From the NCBI RefSeq assembly GCF_006345805.1, contig NW_021836695.1:1-23107 (forward strand): DNA of 23,107 nt, given 5' to 3'. Of the stretch, positions 20,277 through 23,107 are shown in pieces (the stretch's first letter is position 1; every line of letters starts with the position of its first letter). The DNA is from Octopus sinensis. Taxonomy: Eukaryota. Under the pieces are notes generated by a model. The model was not told the DNA's origin and ran no database searches. It was given only the letters and a program-made list of their open reading frames with translations. A program made the translations under genes and the position numbers.

Positions 20277-20314
<38 letters not shown>

Positions 20315-20497
20315 GTTTAAATATTTGTTGTGCAAGATTTTTTATGTGAAGTCGTGTGTTGAAACAGATATTGTTATATTTCGGAATGGTCATATTGCCA
20401 GTTTAGCCAATAAAAACACACGCACTATATATTTGGTGTTATTTTGCTTCAGTGATATTTATTTTTTACATTAATCTTAATCTTTTTTCGGCCAAAG

Positions 20498-20701
20498 GAA
20501 GGTAAGAGCTCATCGATTCTGTACCAACACGGCGAACGGGAACACGGGGGATCAATCAATAACATAGAGATTAAGATATTGTCCACACATAGAACAGATG
20601 CAACATTTAGACAAATTACAGAAGCTACACATATAATAGAAAATAAACCTGGCCTGAATAGAAAACTAGAATGGAGCAATAGCACACACCACAACATATG
20701 A
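20498..20701 (+). pseudogene. C-terminal 67 aa of a PLE GIY-YIG endonuclease (not in the ORF track, no start codon)
   Basis: EGKSSSILYQHGEREHGGSINNIEIKILSTHRTDATFRQITEATHIIENKPGLNRKLEWSNSTHHNI* shows the S.L..H...H, RQI.EA..I and P.LN.K.EW pattern of PLE endonuclease C-termini. Confidence 0.8.
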
Positions 20702-20823
20702 TGATAATGGATCCTGCAAACATAATAAATACACAGATAATTAAAGAAATAGAAATGAATAACTATATATATGTATATATGTATCTATGCATGTATGTGT
20801 GTATATGTATATATATGTGTATA

Positions 20824-20870
<47 letters not shown>

Positions 20871-20877
20871 ATGTATA

Positions 20878-20918
<41 letters not shown>

Positions 20919-21231
20919 CGATTAGATTTATTATTATTATTACTAATATTGTTGTTATACATACATACAAGCATATGTAATGATAATAATGGGTGGATGT
21001 AAACATGAACAAAATTAGAACAAAAGCAACAACAACAAAAACAAAATACAAATTACAAGAATGTATATAAACAGAAGATACAAATATTACAGGCATCCCC
21101 CCACACACACACACTAAATAAACATAGACGCACATAGAGATATAAGCATGCGCAAATGAAGACATACAATAGAAATACAAAATGGCTGACGGTTAGTAAG
21201 GAGAGACACAAATAAGTGAGAAGAAAACAAA

Positions 21232-21276
21232 GGACCACTGATGCGGTCACAGGAGTGTGACGAAAGAACTTTGGCC
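21232..21276 (+). ncRNA. Minimal type I hammerhead variant, core CUGAUGCG (second copy)
   Basis: Identical to 19628-19672 except for a CUU triplet, which ends at 21271. Confidence 0.55.
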
Positions 21277-21445
21277 GAAATAAGATTAAGATTAATGTAA
21301 AAAATAAATATCACTGAAGCAAAATAACACCAAATATATAGTGCGTGTGTTTTTATTGGCTAAACTGGCAATATGACCATTCCGAAATATAACAATATAT
21401 ATATATATATATAATATATATATATATATATACGTAATGTATCAA

Positions 21446-21461
21446 TCGAAACATATGTCGA
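21446..21461 (+). other. Isolated 3' half of a hammerhead (GAAA, palindromic stem III, GUC)
   Basis: TCGAAACATATGTCGA is identical to 1292-1307. No CTGAnGA lies upstream, where the sequence becomes (TA)n within ~15 nt. Confidence 0.4.
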
Positions 21462-21649
21462 TGATATAAATTATTTAAATAACATCTTGTGCGTTTGTCT
21501 CCATTTTCCATTTCTCTTATGTTCTCCAAAATACGTCTCATTTCCCCTCGGAAGTATCACTCGTGTAAGTCAGATATTTAATTTCTTAAGTGCTTATGTG
21601 AAATTTGGGTACCCTGGAAACTATTTCTCCGGATCTTGTAATGAAACAG

Positions 21650-21718
<69 letters not shown>

Positions 21719-22852
21719 TCGGTGTGCATTCAAAGCAACGATTAGTAAATTTACGAAACCAGTATGCTTTTAAATCTCTTTAATAATTCACAATAATGCC
21801 TTTACTTATCTTATTTCCAATGTGCATTTTCCCTTATTTTTCTTCTTACTTTTCCCTTACATTTCCGCATGTAGTTTCTATTTCCTTTTTGTAACATATT
21901 TCTATTATATATAAATGTGTGTGTGTGTGTGTTTATATATACGTTGTGCTATGTTTGTGGCTATAAGGGACTTTGACTCGTAATTCTTGCAATATTTGTG
22001 CCACAATGCATCCTCTGTCACTATTAGTATCAATTGAATTCTTCCTTTTTGCTTTTATATTGCGCCTCGTCAATATAACAGAAAATACAGGAGGATCAGC
22101 TAATCAGGAACCTATTCGACATAGTCCCTTCTCAGATTCACTCACTTATTGCAGTGATCCTTCAATCTTTCTATGCCTTGTAAAAAATGTCGGAAGATTG
22201 GGTCTCCAACTAGGCCTTTCACAACACCTCTCGTATACGTGCATGATTTCATAGTTGTGTGACCTGTGACAAGTCAAGATGAATTAGTTAAGTTCAGCCT
22301 CACTTTTGAAGTATAGAGTGGCAAATGCGGGTCGTTTAGTAGTGTTTAAAAATATAAACGTTTAAAAAGAAGAGATACATATATGGGATGAAGAAAGTGT
22401 GTGTAAATAGTGAGAATGTGTGGGGATAGTTAGGAGGCAAGACAGGACGAAGGACAGACAGACAAAAGACAGATTTAAAGAAGATAATGTTAACAATTAC
22501 TCGAAGCAAATTCTAATCAGTTCACCTCACAGACTTCATAGTATTCAGCCTCCAACAGTGAAGCGGTTAAGAGACTGAGCGGCAATATTCAGAGACACTC
22601 AGGAGGATTGAACAAGGAGTGAATGGAGTGGTAGGAGAGAAGGAAAGTATGGTGGAAAACAAAAATTTAGCTAAAATGAGAAATTGTAATGACTTAACGT
22701 AATGAGAAGAGGTACAATAAAATTTGTTTCCGCAAGAGATTACGTCAGAAAATCAATTAGGTAAAAAGTTTTATTTTGGTTTAGTATTGTGAGTAAATCT
22801 CGGCAACATAATCCACAACCATGAAGGTTAGCGTTGTATGGCGCGCCAAGAT

Positions 22853-23107
22853 AAGGGCGGCGAGCTGGCAGAATCGTTAGCGCGCCGGGCGAAATGCTTA
22901 GCGGTATTTCGTCTGTCGTTACGTTGTGAGTTCAAATTCCACCGAGGTCGACTTTGCCTTTCATCCTTTCGGGGTCGATAAAATAAGTACCAGTTACGCA
23001 ATGGGGTCGATATAATCGACTTAATCCGTTTGTCTGTCCTTGTTTGTCCCCTCTGTTTAGCCCCTTGTGGGTAGTAAAGAAGTAGGTATTTCGTCTGTCA
23101 TTACATT
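22853..23107 (+). mobile_element. tRNA-derived SINE (third family) with the start of a second tandem unit at 23085
   Basis: A box TGGCAGAATCGTTAG (22866-22880), B box GAGTTCAAATTCC (22928-22940) and body GTCGACTTTGCCTTTCATCCTTTCGGGGTCGATAAAATAAGTACC. GGTATTTCGTCTGTC is repeated at 22903 and 23085. Confidence 0.9.

Larger units (their letters stand above)
20314..21398 (+). mobile_element. 5'-truncated Penelope-like element with inverted 5' arm (copy 2)
   Basis: The antisense arm is 20314-20497. The sense body 20498-21398 carries a GIY-YIG C-terminus, a 3'UTR with microsatellites and a hammerhead. The arms match 125/126 (20372-20497 vs 21269-21394). It is flanked by (TA)n. Confidence 0.85.

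Noticed and set aside
19446-21398. Ginger-type MITEs (TGT...ACA ends, ATAT 4-bp TSD)
   Set aside because: Homology between the copies continues 40-55 nt beyond the supposed left end, the right ATAT is part of (AT)n, and the interior has a PLE GIY-YIG fragment and a hammerhead.
451-21541. Dozens of ORFs reading YIYIYI, CVCVCV, HTHTHT or LSIYLSIY
   Set aside because: They are translations of (TA)n, (TG)n, (CA)n and (TATC)n tracts, which lack stops in several frames.
21973-22254. 93-aa + strand ORF and a short alternative frame EDQLIRNLFDIVPSQ
   Set aside because: No recognisable motif and no convincing acceptor-donor pair.
22853-22945. tRNA gene (also considered for the heads at 7114, 12184 and 15402)
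   Set aside because: A and B boxes are present, but there is no cloverleaf and each continues into a SINE body.

Overview
AT-rich, microsatellite-saturated eukaryotic DNA. The tRNA-derived SINE families resemble those I recall from octopus/cephalopod genomes, so the organism is an inference. The window is probably mostly intronic. One well-supported + strand host exon lies at 2054-2175 and a weaker - strand terminal-exon candidate at 14204-14464. Most ORFs in the supplied track are (TA)n/(CA)n/(TCTA)n artefacts. The recognisable mobile content is: (i) a TSD-bounded ~2.2-kb L1/Tx1-like element carrying only a frameshifted gag-like ORF1 with a CCHC knuckle, inserted into a SINE tRNA head; (ii) a complete but decayed D,D34D mariner with both TIRs and TA TSDs, an older mariner fragment and an RTE reverse-transcriptase fragment; (iii) about eight SINE copies; (iv) several Penelope-like element (PLE) remnants, one retaining a GIY-YIG C-terminus. 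Seven hammerhead-ribozyme (HHR) or HHR-like motifs were found by eye. They include a canonical one, U4C and CUGAUGCG core variants, and one whose three strands lie in an order matching none of the type I/II/III permutations (6786-6860, - strand). All folds were paired by hand; none was computed or tested.
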